This document shows, in pieces, positions 6,699-7,575 of a stretch of DNA of 7,575 nt. The stretch is from Paramicrosporidium saccamoebae KSL3 (Eukaryota; Fungi; Cryptomycota): contig MTSL01000174.1 of assembly GCA_002794465.1 (NCBI GenBank), forward strand, positions 36,759 to 44,333, written 5' to 3'. Under the pieces are notes generated by a model. That model did not search any database, was not told the origin of the DNA, and saw only the letters and a program-made list of their open reading frames with translations. Made by a program: the position numbers and the translations under genes. Numbering within the stretch: the stretch's first letter is position 1; every line of letters starts with the position of its first letter.

Positions 6699-6831
6699 CT
6701 AAGAGTTAGCAAAATTCCAACATATGGGTGGGTCAGAAGTTGTATTCGGTAGCTCGGTGTTTTTCGGCACAGAAGAGTGCCGACCCTCCTGAGACAAATG
6801 CCAAAGTCATCATTCCCGGTTTGAGTCTTAC
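6699..6831 (-). other. 133-nt intron of a probably non-coding snoRNA host transcript
   Basis: Donor GTAAGA at 6831, branch site GCTAAC at 6710-6705 and acceptor TTAG ending at 6699; these are the strongest splice signals in the window. The flanking exons give only a 16-codon ORF. Confidence 0.6.
6730..6817 (-). ncRNA. Box C/D snoRNA, snR13/SNORD15-like guide (predicted LSU rRNA Am2281, yeast numbering)
   Basis: C box ATGATGA at 6813-6807 and D box CTGA at 6736-6733. Terminal GGG/CCC stem has correct kink-turn geometry. Guide GGCATTTG (6802-6795) is followed by T and a D'-like CTCA. Internal 7-bp hairpin at 6783-6764. 88 nt, intron-located. Confidence 0.7.
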
Positions 6832-6893
6832 CATTCACACGCAGTGTTCCATGGACTTGCGAGAGAAAATTTAAAAGTCACCGGGGTTGCCCC

Positions 6894-6903
6894 TCCTTTT
6901 ATA
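6894..6903 (-). promoter_or_regulatory. TATA box TATAAAAGGA of the putative snoRNA host transcript
   Basis: Identical 10-mer to the TATA upstream of the gene at 7363; lies about 63 nt before the intron donor. Confidence 0.5.
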
Positions 6904-6937
6904 GGTTTAGCATAATAAAGAGTCGAAAGAGTTTTCG

Positions 6938-6943
6938 TTTATT
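6938..6943 (-). terminator. AATAAA polyadenylation-type signal of the second surface-protein gene
   Basis: 40 nt downstream of the minus-strand stop at 6983. Confidence 0.5.
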
Positions 6944-6982
6944 TTCATACTACTTGCCCTCTTGCATTCCTTGGACAGCTCT

Positions 6983-7363
6983 TTAGAGGACCTGGAAGAA
7001 CACAACGCTCATGGCGAACGCAGCAATGACGGCAACAAGCGAATTGCTTGAGGCGGCAGCGGCATTGATGTTGGACGTTTCGGTGGAAGCGATCGAGGTG
7101 ATCTCGGAAACAATGGAAGTGGAAATGTCCGAGAGGGCGCTGTCGATGGCGCTCTGGAGCTCCGAGGCCACAGAGGCAATGGCAGACGAGTCGGTGGCCG
7201 TGATGGAGTAGATGGCATCGAGCTGGGAGGACAGCGCGGACTGGATCTCGGAGGGCTGGTTGGCCAGAATGGAGCTTACCAGCTCACTGACGTTGGTGAC
7301 CTGGGAGCCACGGGCAACAGTCATGAGGACGAGGGCGGCAAAGATGGCTAAGATAGTGCGCAT
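6983..7363 (-). CDS. Ser/Ala/Ile-rich secreted, probably GPI-anchored surface protein, 126 aa, intronless
   Basis: Signal peptide MRTILAIFAALVLMTVARG, amphipathic Ser-rich body, candidate omega region NAAAASS and hydrophobic tail LVAVIAAFAMSVVFFQVL. No Cys; one NVS sequon. Confidence 0.82.
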   Translation of the reverse strand: MRTILAIFAALVLMTVARGSQVTNVSELVSSILANQPSEIQSALSSQLDAIYSITATDSSAIASVASELQSAIDSALSDISTSIVSEITSIASTETSNINAAAASSNSLVAVIAAFAMSVVFFQVL

Positions 7364-7396
7364 GTTGGTTGTTGTGCCACTCGCTTTGTTGTGTCA

Positions 7397-7406
7397 TCCT
7401 TTTATA
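7397..7406 (-). promoter_or_regulatory. TATA box TATAAAAGGA
   Basis: Starts 43 nt upstream of ATG 7363. Confidence 0.6.
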
Positions 7407-7562
7407 CCCCGCTGTATTACCGGTAATTGTTTTGACTTTCCTAATTGGGAATCACCGTTGGATATGATTGGTAGATAGGCGACTTTTGTTATATTACCGT
7501 TATCACCGTTGTCATGCTGGGTAGTGCAGCATAGCAGATTGCGGATTGGTCGACCAGGAGAA

Positions 7563-7575
7563 GGGGGGGGGGGGG
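7563..7575 (+). repeat. G13 homopolymer at the window end
   Basis: Directly visible; could be a sequencing or contig-end artefact. Confidence 0.8.

Noticed and set aside
6655-6834. Spliced 37-aa minus-strand peptide (introns of 43 and 23 nt) or unspliced 33-aa ORF MVRLKPG...
   Set aside because: The intron sizes fall outside the 27-37-nt range, one needs a GTT donor and there is no protein similarity. The single 133-nt snoRNA intron explains the same signals better.
7563-7575. Poly-G tract as a G-quadruplex or telomeric element
   Set aside because: It is truncated at the window edge, and terminal poly-G is a known two-colour sequencing artefact; it cannot be evaluated here.
1-7575. CRISPR array, transposase, rRNA, tRNA or prokaryotic/phage system
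   Set aside because: No regularly spaced direct repeats, recombinase or transposase motifs or rRNA-like sequence are seen; spliceosomal introns show the DNA is eukaryotic.

Overview
Eukaryotic, gene-dense window, most likely from a fungus-like opisthokont with a compacted genome; an early-diverging fungal or Rozellomycota-type lineage is an inference only. It holds eight complete protein genes in the standard code: very-long-chain 3-oxoacyl-CoA reductase, an unknown 135-aa membrane protein, inositol monophosphatase, a 3-hydroxyacyl/3-hydroxybutyryl-CoA dehydrogenase ending in SKL, two Ser/Thr-rich GPI-type surface proteins, a YHM2-type mitochondrial carrier and a mitochondrial thioredoxin. 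The supplied ORFs are fragmented because six genes are split by 13 tiny introns (27-37 nt, all starting GTA), reconstructed by hand. Three signals stand out. (1) A probable box C/D snoRNA sits in a 133-nt strong-consensus intron of an apparently non-coding host transcript (6699-6903, minus strand), with a guide matching the conserved LSU Am2281 site. (2) A ~277-bp decayed palindrome fills the divergent promoter at 2894-3170 and carries mirrored TATA boxes. (3) One intron apparently ends in TG instead of AG (3383-3413). All alignments and folds were done by eye; no searches were run.
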